The notes: generated by a model not told the origin, from the letters alone. A stretch of 64,000 bases of DNA from Octopus sinensis (GCF_006345805.1 NC_043015.1:5766001-5830000); one strand, 5' to 3'. Counted from the first letter of the stretch, positions 26,954 to 40,280 are shown. Numbers and translations: made by a program.

Positions 26954-27409
26954 GACAGAGTGAGAGAAAGAGAGAGAGTGGGAGAGAGAGACACACAGAC
27001 AGATAGACAGAGAGAGATTGATAGGTGTGTGTGTATATTCATATATATATTTCTAGAAAACTTTACACACGAAGAATATTTTTTTTTTGCTCTACATTAT
27101 AACCTTGATCAATAATTTGATCTTTCACGACGTTTTGTTTGTTTGTTTGTCTTGTATGAATGTGTGCATGTGTGTGTGTGTGTGTTGTGTGTGTGCGTGT
27201 GTGTGCGTGTGTGTGCGTGTGTGTGTAGATGTCTACTTGTATACATATGAAAATTATGTAATTTACGCTCTTTTTTGCTATCGATTCTTCTCAATATACA
27301 CAAACATACGTGTGTATGTAAATGTGTATCACTATGCAGGTGTATGTATGCCTGAAGAAATGTATTCATATATATATATACTTGTTTATATATATGTATA
27401 TATATATAC

Positions 27410-27478
<69 letters not shown>

Positions 27479-27492
27479 TATATGTATATACA

Positions 27493-27571
<79 letters not shown>

Positions 27572-27800
27572 GACAGAGTGAGAGAAAGAGAGAGAGTGGG
27601 AGAGAGAGACACACAGACAGATAGACAGAGAGAGATTGATAGGTGTGTGTGTATATTCATATATATATTTCTAGAAAACTTTACACACGAAGAATATTTT
27701 TTTTTTGCTCTACATTATAACCTTGATCAATAATTTGATCTTTCACGACGTTTTGTTTGTTTGTTTGTCTTGTATGAATGTGTGCATGTGTGTGTGTGTG
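26580..27800. repeat. Tandem duplication of a ~600 bp microsatellite-rich unit
   Basis: GTAGATGTCTACTTGTATAC..TCTTGTATGAATGTGTGC occurs twice. Differences are mainly in microsatellite length. Confidence 0.92.
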
Positions 27801-28510
27801 TGTTTGTGTGTGTTAGATAGCATGTTTTGCTAGCTATGTGTGCGCGCGTGCAACTAGTTCTTCAATAGGTTCACCTGAATACACATCTACACGAAGAAAT
27901 CGATCAAAATATCTAGTTCCTATTCAGAACACTAAAAAATTACTAAACAATAGCGAACAATATATCTCCATAATAAATCCTTAAAATCGATACATTTATG
28001 CATTAATATTCAACATTATTAGTGGGTGACAGATTTATGAATCTAATCCACTGACAATTTATTAGGTCTTGTCATTAATATTACCATTTATCACTATGTT
28101 TCCTACAGTTTTATGCGTGTTTCTACTGCATTACTAAATGAGCTTTTCAGAGGTGTGTGTAAGCATTGCCATTTGAGGATCTACAAATTTGTTTTCATAA
28201 AACATCAGATTTACTTCGTTGTTTATATTCTTTGCTTGCACGTGGACTTATTTTAATGTTTTCTCGGGTTGTCTAGTTTATTTTTTATACGAGTTGTATT
28301 ATTTCGTCGATGAGTGCTGTTTTGCTCTTTCGTAAGTGTTCCGTGCTTGAAATTGTATTGTCGGGCAATAATTGAGTAGACTTTTTAGCTAATGGGTTGT
28401 CTTATAGTAAAATGTACAATACCAGCTGTTTGGGTGGTTATGTATTACCTTATATAATTTATGTAATTACATATATATAATTAGGTTGGGAAAACAAAAG
28501 CTCTATCGTT

Positions 28511-28851
28511 GTAAAGATTGTTTGCCAATATATCACGGCAGTCCTGGTTTAGGACTAATGTTGCTGTAATTTAGCCCAAGGAGACATCGTCTCCAGCTGG
28601 CTATACGACACGATCTGTGTCCTTATATTTTCGAACAAGGGAATCTAGCACCTCTTCTCAGCTCAAAACAATATCATTGTATCGCGATTTCTGGATTATT
28701 TCTCTTCATTAGCACAGAATAATTGTTTGGCGAGAGGTGGCGTTGACAAATTTCCGTATAGCCAGCTGGAGACGTTGTCTGCTGGGGCTAAATTACAGCA
28801 ACATTAGTCCTAAGCCAGGACTGCCATGTTATGTTGGAAAACAACCTTTAC
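28511..28851. mobile_element. MITE with ~95 bp imperfect terminal inverted repeats
   Basis: GGCAGTCCTGG-TTAGGACTAATGTTGCTGTAATTTAGCCC..CGTCTCCAGCTGGCTATACG recurs reverse-complemented at ~28756..28851. Confidence 0.85.
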
Positions 28852-28959
28852 TACAAAGTATTGGTGCTGAATATCTCACGTTGTAAGTTTTAAAAATAGT
28901 AATTTTCTAAAAGCTCTATCGTAGTTCAAGATACGACAGAAACAAATGCTTTTTTGGTC

Positions 28960-29700
28960 CTTATTCGCATATTTAGTTAAGGTAATATTTCCCCTCAATA
29001 TTGATAACATTATCCCATCTATTTAGTTAATTGTTGATCCGTAAAATTCTTCAGATCTTGAAGCAAAGAAACATTCCAATTCATTTTTAACCACATTAGA
29101 ATTAATAAATAAAGTTGCAATGATCTGAAACGACGATTTTGAGATGAATCGTAGTCTGAATTGTAAGGAGGATAACAATAAAATTTCTTATTAACAGCTG
29201 TAGTCTTTTCCCGAAGGATTTGGGTAACATGTTTTCTAGCATTATCGTATAAGACCAACACCCATTCACAGTTGACGAATTGTGAGCGCATTTTCTCCTA
29301 ATTTTTGCGTAATGCTTCAAATTTACGACAATACATCTCTGTTCAAAATAAATGCTTTGATTTTGTGTAACACTTCATGATAGAGGATACTCTCCGTATA
29401 CCACCAAACGCAGAACAGAAATTTTACGGATGTAGTTCTGCTTTGGAAATGGAGCATAGGGCAGTTCTTTTACTAATCTAAGAAGCAATGAAACGATGAG
29501 GGATCCACTGAAGAAATATAGACACATTTCTTAGTTCATACATGCTTTTTGATCGAAGTGTAACTCAAGTTGAACCATTGTGTCGATTTTTTGAACGCTC
29601 AATATTGACAAAACGCCATCAGATAACGGGTAGACAACAAAAGAAAAATTATTCGAATGAAACTAGCCAAATCGTCATTGGCATTTCCGGGCACTTAGAG
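28960..29700 (-). mobile_element. Decayed mariner transposon
   Basis: LYDNARKHV..YPPYNSDYDSSQ..FRSLQ resembles mariner HDNARPH..HPPYSPDLAPSD..FRSLQ. Confidence 0.75.
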
Positions 29701-30789
29701 CTTAATTTCCAAATATAAAAGGAATATTTCTCACTGCTTCCATTGCTGAAAAAGTCGTTTATTATTATTTTTTCTTTGTTCTCGCCCGCGTGTGTCTGTG
29801 ATTTCTTAATTCACAAAGCCTGCAGTGTCTGATATGAGTCTATTCTTTTCTCATTTTAAAAGAGTAAAATTCTTTGATATTTAAGCACAATGGTATGATG
29901 TAATCTGCAAAGAAAAGAAAAAAAATAGCATTTGGTGACAAAGACTTATGCATATTCAACTGTAATTATTGAAAAAGTATTTTCAAAATAAACATGCGAA
30001 AAATACGACAATACTTCCTTTCCCGCCTAATTGATTATTATTGTGCAGTCTGCGTATTGTATGCAGCGAGTCAACTATTTGAGTTCTTCTATAGAATTGA
30101 AAATGTCTTGTGGGTTACATCTAAATGCAGACTATTTCGAACTTTGTGTAACATTGCAAGCATTGTTACATTCTTTTTTCTGTCTTACTATTACTAGCAT
30201 TCAGGATCCACATTGTGGTTATTTTCAATTTCAAGATTTGTTATATTTTGTCATTTTCCTCAACATATTTATCTATAATAGGTTATTCGGAATGTGCCGA
30301 ATTTTCGAACTGAATCCAGATGATTTGTTTATAGTGCTGGATAATTACATCTAGAAGTTCTATTTCCTCATTCTTTCACCAATCTTGAAAGGGATATCTG
30401 AATTAACATGACCGTGGTTTTGACATGTACAGTGTTTAGTATAGGACCTGTTCATAACACTTTATTTCTTTGCCGATAGATATAGTAGAATAATCGTTGA
30501 AAATTTCTACAAGCGAGCGTGTGAGTGCGCAAGTTTGGCTCCTGTGGTGAAAGGTACTATCGCCAAAGGAGGCTCAAAGTTCAATCAGCCATACCAAATA
30601 CCCAGCGACCGTTGAAACAGAATTAATTCTGTTCAGCTGTATAACTTCATCACGTTTCAAACCTGTGTTATCAGTTGATTTTTCTAACAGTTTTTAACCC
30701 GGCAGGAAATGATGTTAGAATATCGTGTTTTTATATGCAATGCCTATTAAAATTTAGAGGGAAAAAAATTGTTCCCGATGTTTGCCACC

Positions 30790-31170
30790 TTCCTTATGCA
30801 TCACTGATCCCATAGCGTAGGAAATGAAAACTGATCTCATCGAGATTTGAACTAAGAAAATAAGGTGACAAATACCTATTTCTTTATTACCCACAAGGGG
30901 CTAAACACAGAGGGGACAAACAAAGACAGACATAGGTATTAAGTCGATTATATCGACCCAAGTGCTTAACTGGTACTTATTTAATCGACCCTGAAAGGAT
31001 GAAAGGCAAAGTCGACCTCGGCGGAATTTGAACTCAGAACGTAGCGGCAGACGAAATACCTATTTCTTTATTACCCACAAGGGGCTAAACACAGAGGGGA
31101 CAAACAAAGACAGACATAGGTATTAAGTCGATTATATCGACCCAAGTGCTTAACTGGTACTTATTTAATC
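30790..31170 (-). mobile_element. SINE family C tandem array (184 bp period)
   Basis: Junction AATACC|TATTTCTTTATTACC at 30876 and 31060. Confidence 0.85.
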
Positions 31171-31282
31171 TCCTTATTTACCGGAACTCATTTTCTCAGC
31201 TTTCTAGCACTCCACCAATCAACCACCTTCAACTGGCACCCTATTTCTCTACCAAGGGTTAGAGAAATCTATTATCTTTTAT

Positions 31283-31492
31283 CTTTTACTTGTTTCAGTC
31301 ATTTGACTGCGGCCATGCTGGAGCACCGCCTTTAGTCGAGCAAGTCGACCCCCAGAGCTTATTCTCTGTAAGGCTAGTACTTATTATATCTGTCTCTTTT
31401 GCCGAACCACTATGTTACGGGGACGGACGTAAACACACCAACATCGGTTGTCAAGTGATGTTGGGGGACAAACACGGACTCACAAACACACA

Positions 31493-31551
<59 letters not shown>

Positions 31552-31765
31552 CGACGGGCTTCTTCCGTCTACCAAATCCACTCACAAGGCTTTGAATGTT
31601 ATTGCATGTTATTATTTGTTACGGATTATTAAGTCCAATAATTGTAAAAACCGTCGTGAGAGGTTCAATACCTAGCTTTGATTATCATTGACCGAGGTGC
31701 CACACAGTGGGTTTTAACCCATGACCATAGTTGGTAAGCAAGCTACTTACCACACAGCCACTCCA
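31283..31765 (-). mobile_element. SINE family B
   Basis: Same head, body and tail. Confidence 0.8.
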
Positions 31766-32177
31766 GCTGTTATAAAAACCTTTAAAAATACAGTACAGTA
31801 TTGTTTCTACTTCGCGGAATTTCACTTATCGCGGGGTTTGGCGAACTTAACACCTGCGACAATCGAGGGATTACTGTATTCGTTTTACACAACGGCAATA
31901 TAATTTCTCAAAATTTCATCCACAACTTTCTTAAACTGAAACGTATTGTATCAAAACTGCATCACAAATTCTGTTCGTTACAGTTTTAAATTATGCCAAT
32001 CACTACTTTGCTACATTTCTAAGAGCATGAATAAGAAAGGAGCACACGAAGCATTATGTTCAACGAATATCCAAAAGATTTCATACATTTTTATGGAAAA
32101 TGTCTTTCACCAATGTATAAAGGCAATATGAAACTGCCTAGAACGTACGCGCCCAGCAACACATGGTTGCAAGTGAA

Positions 32178-32617
32178 ATTTCGGATCTTTTCGGTTTGAA
32201 CGGCAGTTTTTAACATAATTTCTAGGCAACTAAAAAATTTAAACTTCGTATACTGGTAAAATGTGTTTATAAAATATCTTTTTCTCTTGGCTTTATTGAG
32301 AAAATTCTATAGTTTGCAAGATATTTGTTGGTTTATTCTTCAATTTCTGCAATTTCAACCAATCAACGACGCCCATTGAGGTAAAAAAAAAAACATTATG
32401 TGCCGTATGAATATGTCCCTCGTTTAAGAAACGGATTGTGTTTATTTATATTTTTTAAGAAAAAAAGATACACCCTCCGCATCAAACCCCTACCCTAACT
32501 AACTCTAACCCTAAAACATTGAAATGCAATAGACCGATACTAGGGTCATAATTATGGGTGACAATTTCATATGACACCGCTAGAAAAACTGCCGTTCAAA
32601 CCGAAAAGATCCGAAAT
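32178..32617. mobile_element. MITE with perfect 34 bp terminal inverted repeats
   Basis: ATTTCGGATCTTTTCGGTTTGAACGGCAGTTTTT at 32178..32211 and its reverse complement at 32584..32617. Confidence 0.9.
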
Positions 32618-34239
32618 CTCTTAACCGAATAGCGATCGAAGTGCCCAGTTTAGATTTACAATTCTAGAATATTTTTGTATGTTTCAAGTACCTGTCACTT
32701 GAGTATACTATTTATTTGTTGCTAATACTATTCCTTTTTTTTTTTTACTTAATTTTGTTGTCTTCCATTCGTGTGAATTAATTCATCGTGTTTGTAAAAC
32801 ATTTACCGTGAACTCTCCTGAAAGCTATCTATAAACCAATTTCTGACAACATTTCACCAAAATCAATGTTCAGTCAGCTATGTGTTTTAATAAAATCTAT
32901 TTTGGAAACCTTGAATGACTCACAGTCTATTGTTTTTCTCATGATTTAACACATTCTATAGGGCAGTTCTAGATGCCCAGACAGATTATATTTTTCATAA
33001 GATGTTACTCGCATTTACCTTACTTATTTAAAAATTTCCTTAGAAGAATATAATAGATTACAAAAGAAACTTTATTTTATATTTTAGATTACGAAATCAC
33101 AAACACTGGTCTGCGATACGTTCAATATTTTCGCTTAGAATATCTCGTGTATCAGAATGATCAAGATATCTTCAAAGAATTCAATAGAACAAATATTTCA
33201 TTTACCATACTTAGTGCGATAACCTTCCTCCGGATACAACAGTTTCAGAACTTCAGCAATTAAAAATGCTACATCATATGAAGTTATTTATATAAGAATA
33301 TCGATTTATAACTTAGGTACTTAGCCACATATTTGCAAAGGAAGAATATAGAGGAAGAAATCGACACCAGTAATTGACCGATGCGTTTTTGTAGAGAGCG
33401 CATGTGGCTGTTTCTACGCGGTGATGTGTTTTAAGTTACATAAAGTTGTTTTTGAATATTGTCAAATTTTATTTGCCGAATCTCCCAATTCAGATATCTG
33501 AAAATAGGTCCAGACAAATAAAACATCACAGTTGTAAATGATTCTTTATTTTGTCGTGCTAAATTGTGTTCCTCTTTGTATCCTAGTTTCGATAAACGTA
33601 AGATCGATCCAACAAATATGCAAAAGATAGAGTTTCATCAAATATGTTTAAAGTAGTCTGAATTGAGATTTTAGTAAATGGTCGGTAACTGGAAAAATTG
33701 GTTGACTGTATGCGATCGCAATTAGTGTGAAGAAAATATAACAAAATATGTGTGCTCTTTATTCATTAAGTTAGGCAGCTATCTGGCTGAATCTTTAGCG
33801 AGCCGAACAAAATAATTTGCAGCTTTTTTTCAAGTTCTTTACGTTCTAAATGCAAATTCCACAGAGGTTGTCTATGCTTTCAGGGTCTGTAAAATAAGTA
33901 CCAGCCTATTACTGGAGCCGATGTACTTCGGATCTCCTCCCAATTAAAAATTACTAGCCATATGCCAAAGTTCGAAACAATTATTTACTCATGAAATATT
34001 TTTGCCTCTGTTGGTACAAAATCCTTTTACTTCTACTTATAAATTAGTGGCATTTAAATTCTTTGCTCGATAGGGCCACAGTATCAAATCGACAAGCACC
34101 ATTATTTTTACTATTTCTTTTTATGCAAACTGAGACGGATACATCATTAGATTAATGACTTGTTAAAGTAGTAATTACACTAAGGCCACATCACTTTTAC
34201 AGTATTGAATCTGTTCAGAGTAGCAATATTGAATGAGTC

Positions 34240-34313
34240 TGTAAAAGGAAAATACTTAACCACAAGCAAATAGCACTATTATTTGCTGGTGGCTAAGTAT
34301 TTCTCCTTTTACA
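34240..34313. other. 74 nt near-perfect hairpin (pre-miRNA-like or palindromic MITE relic)
   Basis: About 31 Watson-Crick pairs plus 1 G-U, one bulge, two mismatches, 5 nt loop. Confidence 0.8.
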
Positions 34314-35325
34314 AATCTTTTGATGTTTTCTTGAGCCTCTGTGTTCACATTAATTTCCCAATATTTGGAAAATAATAACCTTACACTTGAAGTGATAAAA
34401 TGAATTTAACGCTAATTAGCACCAATTAAGAATCACCTGTTCTAGTCATTAGCATTCGTGTATAAAGTATAAGGTGTATTTATAATCGTATGTTAACAAC
34501 AAGCGAAATTCAGAGACTGCTAGCCCTATGTTTCAGACAATTACCGTTTCGTTTCCGAATACCAGGTGACCAAATCGTTACTCAATGTTTCACACATCCG
34601 TGTTGCTAAAAGTAAAACTATCACACTTTTATATGTTGATTCAATTGGAAGTGATATGTAGGTTTTGAGTTTTTGCTTATTAGTCGGGAGCTGTGTGTGA
34701 TTCACATGTATGTGTTTAAAACTGATATTTAAGACGGGTACACAATCTCACATTTCCTCGGGAGGTATATCCGATTAAAACTACCCAATATAATTTAATT
34801 AACTCTTTTATCGAACCAAGAATGTTAAATGGTAAGATTAACCATGACATGATGTTAATGGAGAACGTAAATGGAAGTTTAGGTTTAATCTGTATTCACA
34901 GACACGTTCAAACAGCCGACTACAGCCGTTGAGTAACACTCTAGTACTTCCATGGCAAAATAAATAAGAAATGACATAAAAACGGCAATGAAATTTTTTG
35001 ATGAGAACATCGAATAAACTGCCATAAACTATTTGGTTACAGTCAAGATAATTAGGCTAATCGTTAGTACACCGGACACAACGCTTAGCAGCATTTCGTC
35101 AGTTGTTAGGTACTGAGTTCAAATTCTTCTGAGATCGACTTTGCCTTTCCTTCTGTCGGGGTCGATGCAATAAATACAAGTCGAGCACTGGCGTCGATGT
35201 AATCGACTAGCCACCATCAACCAATATTTCAGGCTTTTTCTCCAAACAGAAAGGATTGTTCTTGGGACTCTGACGCAAATTTTCTCTGGACGTTGTTGAT
35301 ATCAATAGTCGTTTCTCACATATGT

Positions 35326-35705
35326 GGAGGCGCAATGGCCCAGTGGTTAGGGCAGCGGACTCGCGGTCATAGGATCGCGGTTTCGATTCCCAGACCGGGC
35401 GTTGTGAGTGTTTATTGAGCGAAAACACCTAAAAGTTCCACGAGGCTCCGGCAGGGGATGGTGGTGATCCCTGCTGTACTCTTTCACCACAATTTTCTCT
35501 CACTCTTACTTCCTGTTTCTGTTGTACCTGTATTTCAAAGGGCCGGCCTTGTCACTCTCTGTGTCACGCTGAATATCCCCGAGAACTACGCTAAGGGTAC
35601 ACGTGTCTGTGGAGTGCTCAGCCACTTACACGTTAATTTCATGAGCAGGCTGTTCCGTTGATTCGGATCAACCGGAACCCTCGTCGTCGTAACCGACGGA
35701 GTGCT
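35326..35705 (+). mobile_element. SINE family A, tail type 4
   Basis: Same head and body as 16339, with an unrelated tail. Confidence 0.88.
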
Positions 35706-36689
35706 TCTATTTCTCACATATACACTCAGTCACAATTTTGCAGACAAGGTATAGATTTTTTTTTATTGACGTTAGGTAATTGTATTACTTGTATTTATAA
35801 TAAGACTAGTGGATAACAAAAATTGCTTGCTAACATATGAAAGAGAACTAGGCGAATTATCACGTCACTTTTACTTACGAATTTATCCGTTCAGTGTGAA
35901 ATTTCTGTTGGGAATGAAGTCTTTCATACAGACTGGCACGATGAAGTAAAATTGTCACTTTATATTATATTGGTTCAGTGAAGTAACCGAATAAAAGTAA
36001 AAGAAAAATATACAAAACCAATAAATGGTTGTGAGTATATTTGACCTAGATTATAACTGAACATCCACAACTATTCTGGAAACATTTCCTTGTTTATGTA
36101 ATAGCGTTGTGTGAGTGAGGAATTTGATGGTATTTTTGTGGCCACATTTTTTTTAAAGGATAGTATTATATGCTCAGACTGTGTGAACGCTGAAGAAAAT
36201 ATTCTCAGGTAGGATTATAATTCTGGGTCTATTCTGTTTAACTGCCACTTTTCAATTTCTTCGATACTTTTGTTCCAACTGATTTCAAAGTTTGGGGTAT
36301 TGGTGTATTTTTGAATGGAAATCATTGACATAAATTTCATTTTCGCCATAAATCAATAAAGAGCTGATAGCATTTAAAGTTTGCAAATTTTGTGTAATTT
36401 TAGTCAAACGAAAGCCACGGACATATAAGTGCCTGTTTCCATAGTAACAAGCCAAACTGTTACCAAGGTGCTTACCCACGTGATCGGTGTTCGCCTGTTA
36501 AATGCTTAAAATGTGTGTGTTATGAGGTGGTTCTGAGATTTGCTAAACATAATAACTAAGTAGGTCTTAAATTACGCACTAAATTTGAATTTGTGTGTGT
36601 AAATAATATGAATTTGTATGTGTAGAATACAATTTCTCAAAATTTTCTGAAAATTCCAAAAAATAAAAAGCTCTTATGGGTTATATGGC

Positions 36690-36970
36690 GTGCGTAAAGC
36701 AGAAATCCACCATTATTTCATTTGTTTACAGTTAACAACACGTGCTGTCACGCACAAAATGACAGCTTCCAAATCCTGTTTTCTGACTTGATAAAAATTA
36801 TCAAAATTTAAATCACTCTAACTTTTTTTTAAATCTTTCTCACAAAAGTGAATTAACCCAGAGGATTAAGCGTTATATATTATATATATATTATATAAAA
36901 TTATATAAATACACCAAATTTTAAAATTTCAGTCAACTTTAAAATTTCCACCGATAACGCCAAACAAAAG
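36690..36970 (+). repeat. Dispersed repeat related to ~580..830 and ~63230..63480
   Basis: Shared AAAATG-CAGCTTCCAAAT-CTGTTTT..AAAATT-ATTAAA motif and downstream AAAATTTC blocks in three places. Confidence 0.55.
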
Positions 36971-38745
36971 ATCCTAGTTTTGTGAAGCGTAGAGGGTTTT
37001 ATCTTCCTTATTGTTGTTCTATTGGCCAACAAATCACACAGCCTTGCTTAACCTCATCAGTCTATTGTGAAAATTACACTGTCACAAGTATCAAGACTGG
37101 CTCGAGACAAAATTTGCTTCTTCCCGAAAATCCTCAGTACGTTGCTACAAGTCTAAACCTAACAGCGCTGAATAAAACCATTATTTTCGTTTTCGAAACA
37201 CAAATATATCAACCATTATCTATAGTTGCAATCTACTTTCCAGGTCACACACGGTACTCAAACTCCCCTTTAAAATATCCTATCTGTGCATGCAAACTTT
37301 TCGTATCTCTATCAACAACACAGGCATCCTGGTACTAAGGCCCAGAATCTCCCGCCTCACAAGTTTCATTTGTTTTGCCTCCAGACTCCTTAAACTTCTA
37401 ACGACTCTTTGATCATATCGTTTCTTACTTCGAGCATATGAATATCACTCTACTCCTCTCCGATATCCCACTATTGATATCACAATTACTCATAACTTTC
37501 TTAGATTGAAGGCTCGTCTCTGTAGGAGAATTCTAGTGCAGGCACCAAATATATCACTAGCTCCAACACCATAAACTATTTCCAACCTTTGTATGCATAC
37601 TTAATCGATAACTGGATTCTCCAAATAATCCTGCTATAACCAACAACGCCAAAGCCATCCCCTGTCAAATCATTGGGGTCACAAACACCAACTTATCAAA
37701 TCTACCCAATGAAATTCGATAGAATGTCATTTATATCACTGATAACTTCACTGCAACAGTTCAAGTGAAACAACGGATTTACAGCTCATGGAGAAAACCA
37801 TCCATCTTTACAAACATAGCAGGCCTTATGAAGTATCGTAAATCCTGCATGATATTATGTGAACAAAGACAGATGCCTCTATGCATATTCATTTCAACAA
37901 AGAGTCTCACTTTCCAATCTGCGACCGATTCTTCTGGAACGTTCCTAAATCAATCTTAACATTGTGGATTCTATTAATGCTGCATTTATCCAGCATTATG
38001 TCTCTAGGAACAGCAATCTACCGAGGAAAGAACGTTTCAACTCCGCACTGCACATACACACACACACGCTTACACGCACACACACACACGCTTGCACGCA
38101 TACACACACACGCGAACGCACGAACGCGCACACACACACACACACACGCACACACCACAGGCTAAACCGCCAAACCATACATTTAAACTCAGTTATGCTC
38201 ATAACCATGCACATACACACACACAGAGTGGAAAAAAAAACTTCCGGTCTCTTCAAACCAACATAACCACCGGCACTAGAGGAATTCCAACAACGTTTTG
38301 TGGATCTCTACCTCAACAGCTCCTTTATAGGAACCAGTAGGTAAAGAAATTATCGAGAGGAACCACGTCCGATTTCGGCACCTACAGCTCTATCATTTTT
38401 GACTTGGCGTGGCCTCTCATTTCAGAGGTTTCTTCATTCTTCTTTCTCCTTTTTTTTCTTCTTTGGTTTCTTCGATGCAACGTCATCGAGTGTCAGCCGG
38501 CGACTGACCGTCCTGCCAAATTTACCATTAAATACTCGCCGGTCGGCTCCAGCAGCCAGCACCAGCTAACTGTCACATGACAGTGTCTAAGCTTCAACTG
38601 ACCAATGGAGTGGGAGGACGCGTAGCTTTAACCCACGTCCTCTCTAAACTTGCCTTTTAACAATGTCGTGTTAGTTTCAGTTTGAAAGTGTGCCACAGAT
38701 TGTAACATCTGAAGAAAGATAACCATTCTTAGCAAGTCAACTACC

Positions 38746-38975
38746 TATTTCTTTATTACCCACAAGGGGCTAAACACAGAGGGGACAAACAAGGATAGAC
38801 ATAGGTATTAAGTCGATTACATCGACCCCAGTGCGTAACTGGTACTTAATTTATCGACCCCGAAAGGATGAAAGGCAAAGTCCACCTCGGCGGAATTTGA
38901 ACTCACAACGTAACGACAGACGGAATACGGCTACGCATTTCGCCCGGTGTGCTAACGATTCTGCCAGCTCGCCGC
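38746..38975 (-). mobile_element. SINE family C, full-length, with target-site duplication
   Basis: Head GCGGCGAGCTGGCAGAA..TGAGTTCAAATTCC. AAGTCAACTACC is duplicated at 38734..38745 and 38976..38987. Confidence 0.9.
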
Positions 38976-39769
38976 AAGTCAACTACCGCTCCACCCTACT
39001 CATTTCCAGTATTTCCAATTTATAAACAACCCTCAAGTGCTTGACTGCCCCTTACTCCATATTGTCCACCAGTGCAGTATTTATAAAGCTAGTTTTCTTC
39101 TCAAAACTCTTAAGCTCCCGTTATCAAAAAATTTAATAAGAAGACGTTGTCACTCATCTCGACGATATAACTGATTTTAATCTGTAACTCGCTTACTACA
39201 CTCCAGTTAAAAATACATTCTATCCCCTCTCATATCAAAGCCTCTGCCAAACAGATGTCCTGTCTTTTCTCTGGTTTTCATCCAGATACAATAGTCAATA
39301 CTCACATGGAGTTCTCGTGGCATATCAACATATTAATTTTCGTTCGCAAAAATTTGATCCCTTAGATTTCTCTCACTTTTTTCTTTTTCTTTTTTTTTTC
39401 ACAGCTGTTCACAAGTAACACGAATGCAGCAAACATTATTTGTCTCTGAAAATCTGCGAAAAGAAGCTATTTCATGACGTGGGACATGGCTAAAACCATT
39501 TCTTCTCGAATCAATTAAATAAAAATAAACAACGACAAATACTAGCTGAGAAAAGGCGGGATAATCATTATTTTAGTTCTCAAATTTTAAGTAGATTGCA
39601 AATTTCATGAGTTTTACCGGCCCTCGAAATCCAGTGAGTTTGGTTCAGATATATTCCTCTGAAATGTTGAAAAGGATATAGATACTGAGGATTTTCCAGT
39701 GGGCCTATGTAGGAAGAATAAAGCGTTATATAAGGTTTGGTAGTTGGGCAAAATAGGCACAAGACCCGA

Positions 39770-40118
39770 AGATTTTGGGGCCAGCCGATTAGATCGACCC
39801 CAGTACATGACCGCTACATGATTTATCGACCCCGAAAGAGTCAAAGTCAACCTCGGCAGAATTTGAACTCAGAACGTAAAGACAGACGAAATACCTATTT
39901 CTTTACTACCCACAAGTGGCTACACACAGAGGGGACAAACAAGGACAAACGGATTAAGTCGATTATATCGACTCTAGTGCGTAACTGGTACTTATTTAAT
40001 CGACCCCGAAAGAATGAAAGGCAAAGTCGACCTCGGCGGAATTTGAACTCAGAACGTTAAGACAGACGAAATATCGCTAAGCATTTCGCCCGGCGTGCTA
40101 ACGTTTCTGCTACCTCGC
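39770..40118 (-). mobile_element. SINE family C dimer
   Basis: Same GAAATACC|TATTTC junction at ~39895. Confidence 0.85.
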
Positions 40119-40214
40119 CGCTTTTGCGGGGCAAAATATGAGTAACGCATAAAGAAAAGCTGAGTAAGGAGGCCACGAATACTTGGATGGAATAGACACA
40201 AAAATACCAAGCGA

Positions 40215-40217
40215 CTA

Positions 40218-40280
<63 letters not shown>

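Noticed and set aside
30876-31170. CRISPR-like or satellite periodicity
   Set aside because: The units are SINE bodies with no unique spacers, in a eukaryotic context.
33206-33268. Possible 63 nt minus-strand exon (AFLIAEVLKLLYPEEGYRTKY) with AG/GT ends
   Set aside because: Weak polypyrimidine tract, no recognisable homology and no partner exons. It needs RNA-seq.
36982-38000. ORFs of 64-118 aa in a C-rich stretch, possible old LINE
   Set aside because: No diagnostic RT or endonuclease motif could be read.
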